64,000 bases of DNA from Lama guanicoe (lineage: Eukaryota), in contig MU056050.1 of the NCBI GenBank assembly GCA_013239625.1, positions 2,838,084-2,902,083 on the forward strand, given 5' to 3'. The notes below the pieces were generated by a model, which worked only from the letters and a program-made list of their open reading frames with translations, ran no database searches and was not told the origin of the DNA. Below, one piece after another: positions 12,771-26,360 of the stretch. How positions within the stretch are numbered: the stretch's first letter is position 1; every line of letters starts with the position of its first letter. A program made the position numbers and the translations under genes.

Positions 12771-14069
12771 ATTAACTTTCTTTTCACTAATGTACCTATC
12801 TATGAGCCCTCACATTTCTTCCCTTTTCACTCTCAGTGTAGACAGCCATTGAGAAAGTCCTAAATACTCACTGAGATAGTTTGATGGTGATAAAGGAAAA
12901 ACCAATTTAAAATATTTAAAATAACTAGTTTGAAGAAATAGTTGATTTCCATAATTAGCATCCTCTGTACATATCTGAGTTTGCTATTTATCTTATGGAA
13001 GATTTGGAAGAAGAAATGCTATTATATTCTTCAGCCTCAAGGACATATAATGAAGTCATTTGACATATATGTCTTTAGGTAAAAGGTTAATTATCTTTTT
13101 GTCCCTTAAGATTTAAAGGGTGACTGGAAATAAAGTGCCTAGCAAACAATTGAACTGGAGAAATGGAGGAAGGAGCAGTGATGAAATAAAATTCCAGCTC
13201 ATTAGTTGTAATCGAGGGGAACAGTGTGGCAAAGAACTCGAAAGAATGAGAAATTATAACATAGAGTTAGTTTTTTAATACAATTGGATACATGGGTTGG
13301 TGCCACATTTATCTTTGTAATAATTTAGGCCCTTGAAATTATTTTGGATTATCTGAGTACAATCCATTAATAGCAAAGCAAGCCTGAAGGCCAGCCTAGA
13401 ATTAAATTTGCAACACGCAAACCACCAAATGGACGGATCAAAGAACAGTAAATCAAGTGTTGACTCCAGTTGACAGTGTAAAATTGAAGTTGAAAGATTA
13501 ATCTGAAGATATCATTCAGCTTAAAGAGAAGGGGAAGCCTAGGTTGGCCTCTTTTGGGCTCTCCCCATCTGGCCTCTATGCTTCAGCCCCTTCCCTTGTT
13601 CGTGTCCTCAGTGGACACCTCCAGCCCCAAGGATAAGCAGACTCCCTCCCTTTTTGAAAACTGTCTTTTTGGATTCACCTTAAGACCAATTTGTTCATTC
13701 ATTCCCTCTGATATATGAGAGAGGCAGCATAGAGAGATGGTAAAGAGCCCATATCTTCTAGCCAGACCCTCTGAGTGTGCATCCCAACTCTGCCCCTTAA
13801 CCAGCTATTTTATCTTGGGCAAGTTATTTAAACTTTCTGTGTCTCAGGTTCCTTACCTGTGAAAAGGGGGATGGTGATATTAATAGTACTTACCTCATAG
13901 GGTTGTTATTGAGAATTATTGCATCACTTAACATTTATAAAATTAATATGTAGTAGGTGTTTTTTAATATAAATAAAAGATCTCTAATTGTGAGACAAAG
14001 ACCATTGTAGGAGTAGATAAATAAAATGCTATATGGCAGTTCAAGGGATGAAGAGAGCATATTGTCATG

Positions 14070-14310
14070 ACTCATCGAAACTGATATTATATAGTTTTAC
14101 CATCAGACTTGAAGCTGAATGGCTTTTGATGGTTCTGAAAATTCAAATTCACTCTGAAAGAATGAAGATTGGGCCATAGGAAATTCAAAAACCTCTTGAA
14201 TCAGAGCATAGTCTTAATAATGATGACTTTGTATAGGATGCCATTGCTTTGGATATGAAAGTTCTGAAATATTTGTCAAAAAATCAGTGACCATATAATT
14301 ATGCCTTGAA
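14070..14310 (+). mobile_element. Ancient mariner-like (MARNA-type) transposon fragment
   Basis: catcagacttgaagctgaatggcttttg...ctgaaagaatgaagatt resembles the decayed SPDLAPxDFxLF..LKG.RF mariner transposase motif; recalled similarity only. Confidence 0.45.
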
Positions 14311-15823
14311 TTTTGCACACAACATTAATTTATACAGACATAGACAGCTTGGGCACTAGCTTGCTTTATTATTTGCAGTGTCATGAAGAAGTCAGATGTA
14401 GCTAAACCTTTTCTTTTGTGTAGTCCTTGAAGTGGTGTAAAGAAGGAATTGATGTGGTTCTGTTAGTTTTACACCAAAATCTGTCCCCAACACTGACCCC
14501 TTTAGAAAATAAGAAATAATTCAGGTTGCTTTCTTCTTTTCTATTTCTAACCAGTACACGTTTTTAAGAGTTGGAGACAGCTTTTGAAAAAATAAAGACA
14601 AATTTTAATATTAGGAGGGAGTGAATCAACAGATGCTTTGTAGTCATTAAAATACAAAATACTGGCTAAGAAAATTAATTAATGGCTACAACAGGCACAA
14701 AAAAACTCTACTGTTTTCTACCAATTATTCATTTTCTAGATTCTTTTATGATAAATTTTAAATTCCAGGCTTATCAACAAGTGTGACAAAAGGTTTGATG
14801 GAAGAAGGAAGTTAAAATTACACTACTTTCTTGGTTTGTCTGTGTTAATGAGGAAGTCAGAGGAAAAATAATCCTAAAAGGGATGTAAAAGTTTTTAAAA
14901 ATGGATGATATTTATCTGATTTGTGATTTGCTTAGGCTAGATTTGTAAATCTCCAAATAGTAATTTTGCTTCTTTTTCTTTAAAAAAAATGTTGTTAGTC
15001 ACTTGTCTAACTTTATAGGGAAAACTAATATGCAAGGATGCATTTATATTAGTTTAAATTTACTTCTAGGTTGTATACATACAGGGACAGTTTTGAACAG
15101 TTGTAATCAGAGTGGCATCTCCTTATGTCCACTTTTTTTCCACATACCATCATTTTATATCAACATGGCCCGTGTGCTTAAAATTTTTTGAAAAATATAG
15201 CTCTCTAATATATTTGAATTTTGGTATAATTTTGAAACATTCTTTCTGCTACCATTTGAGTATTTGAGTAACATTTTGAGTAACATTCCTTAGGTTAGTT
15301 CCATTTTTTCACTATTAAAATAGAACTACTATGAAAATCTTTGTCAAATTGCTGTTTCCATTTCATTCCTTGGAGTATATGAAGATAAGCAAGGTCATTA
15401 GGTCAAAAATATGCACGGTTTTATCGCTCTTGTTATAATTTGCCAACTTATTTCCTAGAACAGTGATTTTTCAGCGGACAGGGAAAGAGTGTGCATAGTT
15501 TGAAAAAACATAATCAATATTTTAGTTTAATTTTATATTATGGAATTATTGTTTCATAATTCAAGCTACAGAAAACAAAACTATGGAATCTTGTTGGGGA
15601 GGAGGGAGTAAAAAGTTCAGAAATACTACTTTATGAAGACTGAAACCATTTAAGAAGTTTCAGCTTATATTTAAATAAAATCGCATTCTTAAAGCATAGA
15701 CCGAGTGACTCTGGGTGAGGTGGAATAGAGGTGCCCAGTGTGAGTGAAGGAAGACAGCTTGATTTGGGGAACATTGCCATCAACATTCCCAGTGAGATGT
15801 GAGCCTTCTCTATGCATTTTAAC

Positions 15824-15985
15824 CAGTCTTTCTCTAAATTTAATGTTCCTACAAATCATCTGGAAATCTTGTTAAAATGCAGATTCTGACACTGCAACTC
15901 TGGGGTGGGGCCTGAGAGTCTACATTTCTAACAAGGTCCTCGGTGATGCACTGCTATTACCCTGGGAACTTGAATTGCACCGTTT
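15824..15985. mobile_element. MER5-type hAT-Charlie DNA transposon
   Basis: Contains cttgttaaaatgcagattctg...ggggtggggcctgaga...catttctaacaag, typical of MER5. Confidence 0.75.
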
Positions 15986-17498
15986 TAAATCTCTTTCATC
16001 CATGATACACAATGGGAGTTGACTACAGGGGATCCTTGTTCAGTTCAGCAACTTGGAAGTGGGAGAGATGAACTGCTGGCTTGTTTGAGGGGCTGAAGCA
16101 ATTTTGCTCATTCAGAAATTTGAGGAGTTGGGAAGCAGGAGATTGTTAAAATCCGACAGGTTAATCACAAGAAGTTTTATGCGCCACTAACATCAGGTTG
16201 TTCAGAGACTGAAGGAGGTAAGGACTTTTGAAGTGGTACTCGGGTTCCTGCCGCTTAACTGAAAGTGCGATAAGATCAGATTCGTTAGGAAACAATTTTC
16301 AAAACAGACTCATTTATTTTGACTAAATGAGGCTGAATGATAGTACGGAGATAGACTGTATTTTTTAAAAAACCCACTGTTTTAGAAAGTGGGAAACCAG
16401 TTGCCTATGATTTTGCTTGCATTGTTGCTGAGATTGTAAATAATGCGTTTCCTCAACACTTTTAATGATACTGAATTATTGCTATTAATCGCTAACCATA
16501 GGGGAAATGCAACTAAATGCATATACTATTTCCCTGCTCCTATCTCCATTTTGCTGTGTGACTTTAAGAAAATCACTTAAAGCCTTACGTTTAGAGTTCC
16601 CATGGTGAAAAATGGAAATCAAAGCTCTTGCCTTCTTCCCCGTAGAGTACTTACTGAAATCAGTGGGCTCTGAGGTAGATTTCAACTGCTTAAAAAAAAA
16701 AAGACTTTTACAATGTAATTTTTAATGTTTATTTAGCATATTATTATATATATGCATATATCACACTATTTAAAATATGATCTCAATATTCTGGCAAACC
16801 TTTGTAAAATGAAACATTTCCTGTAATCACACCAGCAATTAAATTGACTTTTTTTTGATTTCACAAATTGAATAAACCTGAATAGAGTGTCTTAGATCTA
16901 TTTTTTTAATCCTTTAGGTGATAGTACTGATGGATATTGATTAAAAATATAGTAATTTAATCCACATCTAAAGACTTTTATAGGGGATTAATGGTAAATG
17001 AGGTCGATTACTCAAGGATGACCCTGTTTGGAACGCTTTAGAATCCTCTGTTGTTTTAGGCTTAAACAGATTTATTTTTACCAGAGTTAAGCATGCATTC
17101 TAACCAAAGATGTATATTGACCTAAGCTTGTACCTAAGCATAACAATCAGAAAAGGTCTGAAATAAAACTCTGTTGGTGCAGATTCAGATTCATAATTTG
17201 AAACAATTCAGTATAAAATTTACTTTACTTTTCGATGAAGCAAAAGCTTGTTAGGCAAATTAAGTAGCAGTACTATATTTACTAAAATATGATACATAAT
17301 TCATCATAGTGTGGGGATCAAGAGCCGGGGCTCAGAGTCAAAGAGGCCTGATTTAAATCCAATCTTTGCTGCTTGATCTCTAGTGAGGCATTGGTTACTT
17401 AACTTCTTGGTCTCAGTTTCCTCATCTATAAAATAAATATCACAATATACACTTCATAGGATTATTGTGGGGCCCAAAAGAGATAATGCACAGCACAT

Positions 17499-19462
17499 TG
17501 CTGTGGGCTGAATCGTGTCCCTGTCAGAGTTATATGTTGAAGCCCCAACTCCCCCTGTGGATGTATTTGGAGAACCTTTAGGAAGTAATAAAGGTTACAT
17601 GAGATCATAAGGGTGGGGCTCTAATCCAATAGGGTGTTGGCCTTAGAAGAGGTCATGTGAGCACACAGCAAGAAGGCGACTGCCTACAAGCCAAGAGAAG
17701 AGCCCTCGGAAGGAAACCTATGTCGCTGGCACTTTCATCTTGGACTTCCAGCCTCCAGAACTGCGAGAAAATAAATTTCTTTTGTTTAAGCCACTCGGTC
17801 TATGTTATTTTGTTATGGCAGCCTGAGCAGACTAATACAGATTTTGGTACTGAAAAGTACAGTGCTGCTGTAACAATTACCTAAAAATGTGGAAATGGCT
17901 TTGGAACTGGGTAATGGATAGAGGCTAGAGGAGCTTGGAATGTACCTGCTAGAAAAAGCCTGCACTGCTGTGAGCACTGTTGGTACAGTGATGGATGTTA
18001 AAGATCATTCTGATGAGGTCTCAGATGGAAATGAGGAACATGTTGTTGGAAACTAGGGGAAAGGCCATCCTTGTTATAAATGGCAAAGAACTTGGCAGAA
18101 CTATGTTCGAGTATTTTGTGAAAGGTAGAACTTGCAAATTGGATATTTAGCTGGAGAGATTTCTAAGCAAAGTGTTGAAGGAACAGCTTGGGACCTCCTG
18201 ACTGTTTATAATAAAATGCAAAAGGAAAGAGATGAACTGAAGAAGGAATTGTTAAGCAAAAAGAAACCAGACTTAAAGATTTGGAAAATTCTCAGCCTAC
18301 TCACATGGCAAAAAATGAGGACACTTGGTCTGGAGAGAGTACCAAGGATGTGGCTGGATAATCACTCCTTAAGGAGATTACTTATGATGTTAACTAACCA
18401 TCCCAGCAGAAGCCAACACTAGAGTCCAGACCAAAGCATCAGAGACACTGTCAGCTTGGACCAAACTGAACAGGACAATAGAACAATTTGGCTGCAAATA
18501 TGCTTAATTTTTCAAGAAAATGGAAAAATGACCCTGAAGACAATCCAGAGATCAGCCTGGGGCAAGGCTGCTCCCATCTAGGTTTCAAAGGTGGGATCAG
18601 TGTCCAAGAGATCGAAGTGGATGTCCCCCGCCACCATCGGCCCCACTGCAGAGCCATGGGAGTGACAGTGCCACCCAGTGGACCTGGAGGGCAGAGCATC
18701 AATCCAAAAAGGATTTTTCTCAAGCATTAAGATCTAATGGAATTTACCTTATGAGGTTTTGGACTATTTTGGAACTTGTCACCCCTGTTTACCTTCTAAT
18801 ATGTTCCTTTTGGAATGAGAATATCTATCCTATGCCTGTCCCACTGTGTTTTGGAAGCACATGACTTGTCTGGTTTTACAGGTTCACAACTGGAAAAGAA
18901 TTTTGCCTCAGCATCAGTCTTATCCTGAATCTCACCCACATGTGATTAGATGAAATTTATATGAGATTTTGAACTTTAGACTTTAGAGTTGATACTGAAA
19001 TGTGTTTAAGACTTTTGGGGCTCTTGGGATGGAATGAATGTATTTTGCATGTGAGAAGGATGTGAATTTTGGGGTGTCAGTGTTGGAATGCTATGGACTG
19101 AGTCATACCCCCCATTCATATGTTGAAGCTTAACCCTCAATGTGGCTGTATTTGGAGATAGATAGGCCTTTAGGATGTAATTAAGGTTAAATGAGATCAT
19201 AAGAGTGGGGCCCTAATCCAACAGGATTGGTGGCCTTATAAGGAGAGTGATCTCTTTCTCCATGCACACTCACACAAAGAAAAGCTCATGTGAGCACACA
19301 GCAAGAAGGTGGCTGCCTACAAGCCAAAACAAAAGGCCTCAGAATAAGACCTATGTTGCTGGCACCTTGATCTAGCCTCCAGAACTATGAGAAAATAAAT
19401 TTCTTTTGTTTAAGCCACCCGGTCTATGGTATTTGTTATGGTAGCCTGAGCAGACTAATACA
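17499..19462 (+). mobile_element. Two-LTR MaLR (MLT1A-like) element in SH2D1A intron 1
   Basis: 5' LTR 17499-17839 and 3' LTR 19089-19462 both run TG...ACTAATACA and are similar to each other. Internal region starts GATTTTGGTAC and carries a MaLR ORF remnant (18132-18422). Confidence 0.88.
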
Positions 19463-20139
19463 GAATGTAAAACTCTTCACATGTAGTAAAAATCAACTAT
19501 ACAGATATACAGTATGCATGCACACTGAATAATGGGGGGAAGCATTTACCCCAACTAAAAAGACAAGCTGATTTCAAGAAATTTAGCAGGACTGCTTTTT
19601 AATTCAAATTACTATTAGTACTATAATATATTATAAAATTATGCAGGAATATAGCATATTTATTATAATTAATATTATTATTACCGTTAACTTAAGTGAG
19701 TCAAATAGTACCTTATCCCAGTGAAATGTTTTCATCTTAAGCTCTATATGTACTTAAAAATAATATGACTATACTTTGTTAAGTCTGTTTAATAACTCAT
19801 GATGTTTTACCAGTTACCATTGGTCTCTAGTTTCTTTCTGTCCCAACAGTCTCTCAACTTGACAAGTCTTAGGAGTGTGAGTTCCCATATTCAAAAACAA
19901 ACAAACAAACAAACAAAAAAACCCCGAAAAGATAAAGAAAGCTTACTGAGAACTGTGATTAGCTGGCTATACTATGCAAACAAATTAGATTCCCCAGACT
20001 TTTCTTTCTATGAATGCAATTGTGCCATATACGTGTATCCCAGTATATGTAACATTAATATGTAATAGTTGAGACTCCAATTTAGAGCATCCACTGTTCT
20101 TTTGGAATTTTTCAGTAATGGAAGTTTATTCTTTCACAG

Positions 20140-20203
20140 GTATCAAGGTTACATTTATACATACCGAGTTTCCCAGACAGAAACAGGTTCTTGGAGTGCT
20201 GAG
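20140..20203 (+). CDS. SH2D1A: SH2D1A coding exon 2
   Basis: Acceptor ttctttcacag|G; reads (L)[21 protein letters not shown]; donor GAG|gtatag; 64 nt, phase matches exon 1. Confidence 0.97.
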
Positions 20204-23200
20204 GTATAGCTCTTTTATTTATTTTTGCTTCTGGGGGTATCAGGGAGGTGTTTGAAATTTAGGCTGGTTTTATAAAAGAATTGTCAAATCCTACATGCCC
20301 AAAATATTCATCAGATTCAAATCACTAAAGCTCTAATCCAAAATTGTTCATGGATTATTAAGAAGTCTTTAGAGAATTTTGGTCCCAGTTCTGTTCAGCC
20401 GTCATCGTATGGAGTGGTCTTACACTGCGGGGAAGATAGCAAAGTTGAAGGATTGTGTCAGACGTTTAGTGCCTATGGCAAATTTTTAAAAAGAATATTA
20501 AAAATAGATAAAAGGATTAAGTAAACAATTATTTACCAAATGATACAAATACAAGTGCTGGTTCTATGGCAGATTAAAACAACATGACTCCTGTTTTCTA
20601 AAAGCCTATAAGACCCTGGGGGAGATACAATATGAATTAAATAGCAGTATGAGAGCCTGGAGTTTATTGTCAGATGTATCTGGGTTCTAGGTCTGATCCA
20701 ACCCTCCCCCCTTCCTGAGCGGTCTATGACCTTGGGTAGGTTATTTAACTTTGCTTTGAACCAATTTCTTCATGTATAGAATGAGCATAAAAATAGTCCC
20801 TTACTCATAGGGCTTATTTGGAAGATTAAATGAGATAATGTATATAAAGAAAAGTTCTTAGCCATGGGACCTGGCACGAAGCAAGCCCTGAAAAATGAGA
20901 ACCTGCCCAAGTTGCTGAACAATATGATTACATACAGTCAAGCGCTACATTATTTAGTGTAAGGGTTCAAAGAAGGGAGGATTTTCCGAGTATCAGGGTG
21001 ATCAGGGCTGCTCTATGTGTGGAGGCAGGACACCCAGCTGAGCCCTGAGGGAAGGACATGGCGAGGTGGCATAGAGGGCACATTTCAGTGACTTTTTAAA
21101 CAGTGCTCTACAGAATCCTAAGGCTCTTCCACCTGGGTGCTTCAGAGTTGCCCAGTAGGTTACAGAGGGAGAGGAGGACATATGTGGGCATGCTTTGGGT
21201 CCCCAGTTTGTCTTTCATCTGAGCAGGTCCTTTTATTTTGCTTATCACCTGGGGCAATAAGAAAGATTTCAATAGGAAAACGAGTTCTGATGGCTTTGAA
21301 AACATTTAACAGTCATTGTTCCATTGCAAGAAATGCCTGTAGAGTGAACCTCTTTCCAATACCAGGATCGTATATTACAATACTACCAAAATAGAGGTCT
21401 CTACACCTGAAACTTTTGACTTCAAATGCTTTCTCTGATTTCTGACTCTTTCAAACAGTCTGCCTTTATAATGAAAGCACTTCATTATGAGCTGTTTGAA
21501 AATATAAATGCTAATATCAACAGCTATTAATAACTCAATGTATGCATTTAAGAAACTCTAAAGTCTAGACTTAAAAAAAATTAGAATAGCTCTAGCCTTT
21601 ACAAATGCATCAGTAAACTAGGAAGCACAAAAATTGAAGACTACAAATGTTTTGAATTACTAAGATGAATTAGGGCAGTTTTTCAAACACATTGTTGCTT
21701 TATAACAGGATAATTAATACTACCATACTAATTAGAGGAAAAGCAGCACCATTTCTAATAAAAACTGTTTGTACCCTGTTTATTTTTTTAATTCTCTGCA
21801 TCACTGCAGAGATGATTGAATAAAAAATTAAATTTCACTTATTATGAGAAATAGTTGTGTATATATACATATATATGTATATAACTTGATCAGAAATAGC
21901 CCTTCACTCTAGAGAAATAGCCTTTAGCTGCTGAAGAATATTCTTTATGGAAAGGTTCTTCAATTAGTAGGGTTTATCTAACCTTTTCTTTTAAACTGTT
22001 TTTTTTTCCATTTCAAGTATAACATCCTTTGCACATTGTTACATGTTTGTGGTCATGTTAAGGAAGAGAGGGCTTATTGAACACAAATGCTCTCTGACCC
22101 ATTTATATAATAATATTGTAATTATCTGCACCAAGAGAGCAGAAGATTGGCATGTTTTGTCCAAAGGGAAAAGAGTTTTTAAAAAACAAAACAAAACAAA
22201 AACCAAAAACCCCTTTACATTTATTTTTGAAATGCATATTGCATTTTTTTTTCTATCTACTAAATTTACCTTCTTAGTTATGTTTCTGCTAAGGTGATAT
22301 TAAACTAATGTGTATTCTCAGAGCTTATATCACCCAAAATTTCTCTAGAGCATATTGAAGACCAGCTGTGATCCAAAACATGTTTCCATGGATAACTGAG
22401 AGTTGACAGTATAGGAAATGTGCAAATTTGAACAATAGCTGAGTTCAGTGACAGGATGGGAGATGTCAGTGGTACAATTCTTGTGGTAAATGTATTTTCA
22501 AAATTGGGTAAATAACAGATATTTATATTGCTTTTTGGAACAGTGCTTTAGTTTGCCACATTGCAGGAAAAATCCTGGCAGTAGCACTCTATCCTCTGTG
22601 CAGTGGCTGTGCTAGAAAGCTAGGTATGTCTGAGATTTGTTTGAAAGAGTAAAATGAAATTGAACCCTGGATCCACTGAATTATGAAAGACAAATATTAT
22701 GTGAATTTCTAGTTTGATACAGACTTTTAGATTTTATCATTGCCTAGTGTATTTATTTCATGTGACTCAGGCTAAAATTTTGCCAAATTGTTAATTCTTA
22801 GAATTCTACATACAGTCACCTATCATGAATTAACATGGCATTGTCAGTAGTACATTGTAAAAAATATACTAAGCTCCCCTTGCTGACTTCAGTGCTTTTG
22901 GGCTTTTCTGGATATTTGATCATCAGTAGATGAGTAGATGTTAAATAATTTTACTTATTGACATAAGCAAAGCACTATAGATTAGGTCAGTCATTTGCCA
23001 ATGACACATTGCATGCCAAATTTAAATTGCTGTTTTACACCCAGTGCTTTTATTCTCCTGTGTTAGCGTGGATAATCAAGGGTTAATGGTGTATAAATCC
23101 CCATAAAAAAGATGCTTCTGTTGATAAATGGTTTTACAAGCCACAAGAACAGCTAAAAAGATGTGTGGTTTGAAATCTTTCCACACCGAGGGAGTGTATA

Positions 23201-24112
23201 GTTTCTCTTCTGGTTGGTGACTTCACTAGAACTTGTTTGGTCTAGTCCTAATCTGAAAGGCAATAGACTGGGTCCTGGGATCTAGAGCCAACTCTGCTTC
23301 TGGTTATCTGTGTGACCTTGGGCAAGCTGAATTCTCCCTTTGTATTTCCATTTTCTTATCTGTCAAATGGGGATAACCAAATCAGCCAAAAACTGTGAGG
23401 AAGTAGAGGGGGCAAGAGAAGGGAAAATGCTTTGAAGATGAAAAAGTACTCTAAGGAAGATCTAAGAAGGTATTTTGCGCCTATGATCTGCCTTTGCAGT
23501 TTGGAGATTCTATCTTGGAGCCAAGGAACTGTTCAGACCCTTGTAAGAGTGGCCATATTATTTTGGATGGGGTCTCAGTAGAGTTCTGGAAAGGCGTTTT
23601 GACCCTGAGGGTGGAGCTGACTGGGAGGGTATTCTACCTCTACTGAGGCTCCAAGCTGTGTGAGCCTATGAGTGGACACTAATTTAAAGCTAGAAAGAAC
23701 TTTTTCAGTGTTTTCTATGAAAAACTGTTTACCCCAATGTAGGAAATGACCAACAGTTATGATGGATACAGTGTGCTATCTTCAGCATTTAGTCTAGTTG
23801 ACAGAAGTCTGTATGCCAGCCTTCACGTTTTCTCATTAAATGCTAACAAACAGCTCCCACCTCCAAAATTTTCCAGATGGAATAGCTGAAAAACAGCTTT
23901 CTAAAAAAACCTGTCATTGTTCAATTGCTTATAGCAATACTATTTTATTTCATGTAAAAATGACAGCTTTGAGCTGCTGCTGAAAGCTTGGCTCAGACTT
24001 TTGCAGGAAATTGTTGTTGATTTCAAGCAGTGTCTTTGCAAGAGAAGTGATGCCAGGAAAGGAGTACATTTTAATAGTCACCTGCAAATAATGATCCCTT
24101 CAAAAACTAACC

Positions 24113-24143
24113 AAATAAATAAATAAATAAATAAATAAATAAA
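24113..24143. repeat. (AAAT)n microsatellite
   Basis: Direct reading. Confidence 0.9.
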
Positions 24144-24856
24144 GGTGACCTTATAGAGTCTTTCATTTTCATGTCATAGAGAAAACCTGGTCACAGTGAA
24201 GTGTTGACGGAGAGAGCAATTTTGGGGAGGATAGGGAAGCTTCCCAAGGAGGAAAAAAATTGAACGTGAAGGATGAGGCAGGACATACCATGAGGTGAAA
24301 GAGCGTGAAGACTAACTAGCCACGCATCGTGTGCATCATAACAGCCAATTTGTAAGTTCCTGTGTAGAATTTTATAGTGTGGAATGATGACAGGGAGGAT
24401 GGCTTCTCATTGTTGTTGCTTTGTTTGTTTGTTTGTTTGCTTTTTTGTTTGTTTTTGGTTCTTCAGGCTTATTAATGACCTGTAGGATCTGTGTTTTTTT
24501 CTGTTTAACTACATCCTCTCTGTTGGTGAATTCATTGTGGGTAATGGCCTGTGTACCCTTAGAGGTTCGGGATGTGATGGGTAGCAGGAAGGGCAGGGCG
24601 ATGAGCAAGAGCTTGTATAAACTGATACTACCCTTGGGAGAACTGAAATGACAGCTCATTACCTCCTCTTGCAGGGAAATTCAGCCAACCATAGTAAGCT
24701 CTTCTAGAGTGTTGTTTTTCCTTCTTCCTTATGTTTTCAAATATTTGAACAAGTTACACAAACGTTACCTCTCTAAGCATCCCTTGCACATTTTGTAGGC
24801 CCTTTTGGTATCATTAAGAGGTAGATGAATAATCTGCTTGGCCTTTTATTTTCCAG

Positions 24857-24998
24857 ACAGCACCTGGGGTACGTAAAAGATTTTTCCGGAAAATAAAAAA
24901 TCTCATTTCAGCATTTCAGAAGCCAGATCAAGGCATTGTAATACCTTTGCAGTATCCAGTTGAGAAGTCCTCAGCTAGAAGTACACAAGGTGCTACAG
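24857..24998 (+). CDS. SH2D1A: SH2D1A coding exon 3
   Basis: Acceptor ttattttccag|ACA; reads [47 protein letters not shown](G), including the Fyn-binding Arg78; donor CAG|gtatgg; 142 nt. Confidence 0.97.
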
Positions 24999-26010
24999 GT
25001 ATGGTTTACTGTTCATTTTTGCCAGGGTTTGGAAGCTCAGGGCTATGAGTCAATCTATTCATAAACATATAGTTAGAGGAAGTTCTGTAAGAAAAAGGCG
25101 AAGACAGTAGATGTAAGCAGCAACTCAAGTGAGAGGGGGCTGTTCATATGCTGTGATTTCCATATGCTGTACTATAAGCTTTTAATAAAACTCTACAAAA
25201 ATATAAAAAAATCCCATGAGCCCACAACGTTTTAATTTCTCTTGCCCCGTCTTGTTTTCTCCAGGCTGTCTGTTGACACATAAGTACCATTTCACTTCAC
25301 TAATTCATACACAAATAATTTGAAAGATGGGATATTCAGAGAACATCTGGGCTTCTCCTTTACCTTTGCTTAGTAGACAGTGTTTTCCTCTCAGGGATGG
25401 AAAGGCTCCTGTTAGCTTGGCCCAGGTGACCCTGATTTCTGAATTTGTGGTGCTTGAATTAATAAAATTTTATTGTAGCAAAGGAAATTAATAGACTTTA
25501 TTATTCCGCTAGCACAAATTGTTACATCTCCAGAGCAAAGCTATTTTAGTGTATGTGTCAAGCTAGTGACCGAATACTAGCCAATGTCCGCAGCTGTCAA
25601 ATATGTGATTGTAGGTTCATCTATGGGAAGGGGTTAATCATTTGTTTGGAGTAACGGGACACTCCTTGATTTAAACAATAAATATTTGCAATAAAAGAAA
25701 ATGAGTTGTTATTTCCTTTTTTGACAGGGACCCAGGCTCAGTCATAAACTGACTCAAGTGGTGAATTAAATTAATGAGTAGTTAGTCTTTATAAAAGAAA
25801 TATAAATACAACTCCAATTTACAGATTGGCTCAGTATTCCGTTCTTTGTAACTCAGTTTTAAATACTAGCTGCTTGAGCCATATCATTGGGTTATATCTT
25901 TGTGAACTTTATGCAGTGGGAAATTTTGCGGTGATACATTTGAGTTAACCTGTAATTTTAATAGCTTATAAGTTTATCTTTTTCTGATTTTTGTTATTAT
26001 TTTTCTTTAG

Positions 26011-26051
26011 GGAGAAGAGAAGATCCTGATGTCTTCCTGAAAGCACCATGA
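26011..26051 (+). CDS. SH2D1A: SH2D1A coding exon 4 (to stop)
   Basis: Acceptor ttttctttag|GG; reads (G)RREDPDVFLKAP-TGA. Total CDS 137+64+142+41=384 nt, i.e. 127 aa plus stop. Confidence 0.96.
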
Positions 26052-26354
26052 ACAAAATAAACACCTTGTACTTTATTTTCAATAATTTAAATATATGCTA
26101 AGTCTTAAATATTGTAGACAATACAGTTTAGTGAGCTACAATTGTATTTCTAAAACCATCGTAGCCCTGTAATGGAAGCATCTAGCATGATGTTAAAGCT
26201 GAAATGGACTTTGCGGATAATGAGAAGCTTTGAAATGAGGATTGGGGAAAAATAATTCCACAGGTTCTTTTCAGTTATTATATTTACAAATGGGGAACGA
26301 TTTAAAACGTAATGATACTTTATAAACGATTAATGTCAATTCTTGCCAAATATA

Positions 26355-26360
26355 AATAAA
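26355..26360 (+). terminator. Candidate proximal SH2D1A poly(A) signal
   Basis: AATAAA about 300 nt after the stop, with T-rich sequence downstream; consistent with a short SAP mRNA. Confidence 0.55.

Noticed and set aside
18132..18422. 96-aa coiled-coil-like ORF
   Set aside because: Remnant of the MaLR internal ORF; not a host gene.
24853..24860. Tandem acceptor CAG|ACAG at SH2D1A exon 3
   Set aside because: The second AG shifts the frame by 4 nt; no support for its use.
26056..26061. AATAAA 5 nt after the SAP stop codon
   Set aside because: It would give an almost UTR-less mRNA; use cannot be supported from sequence alone.
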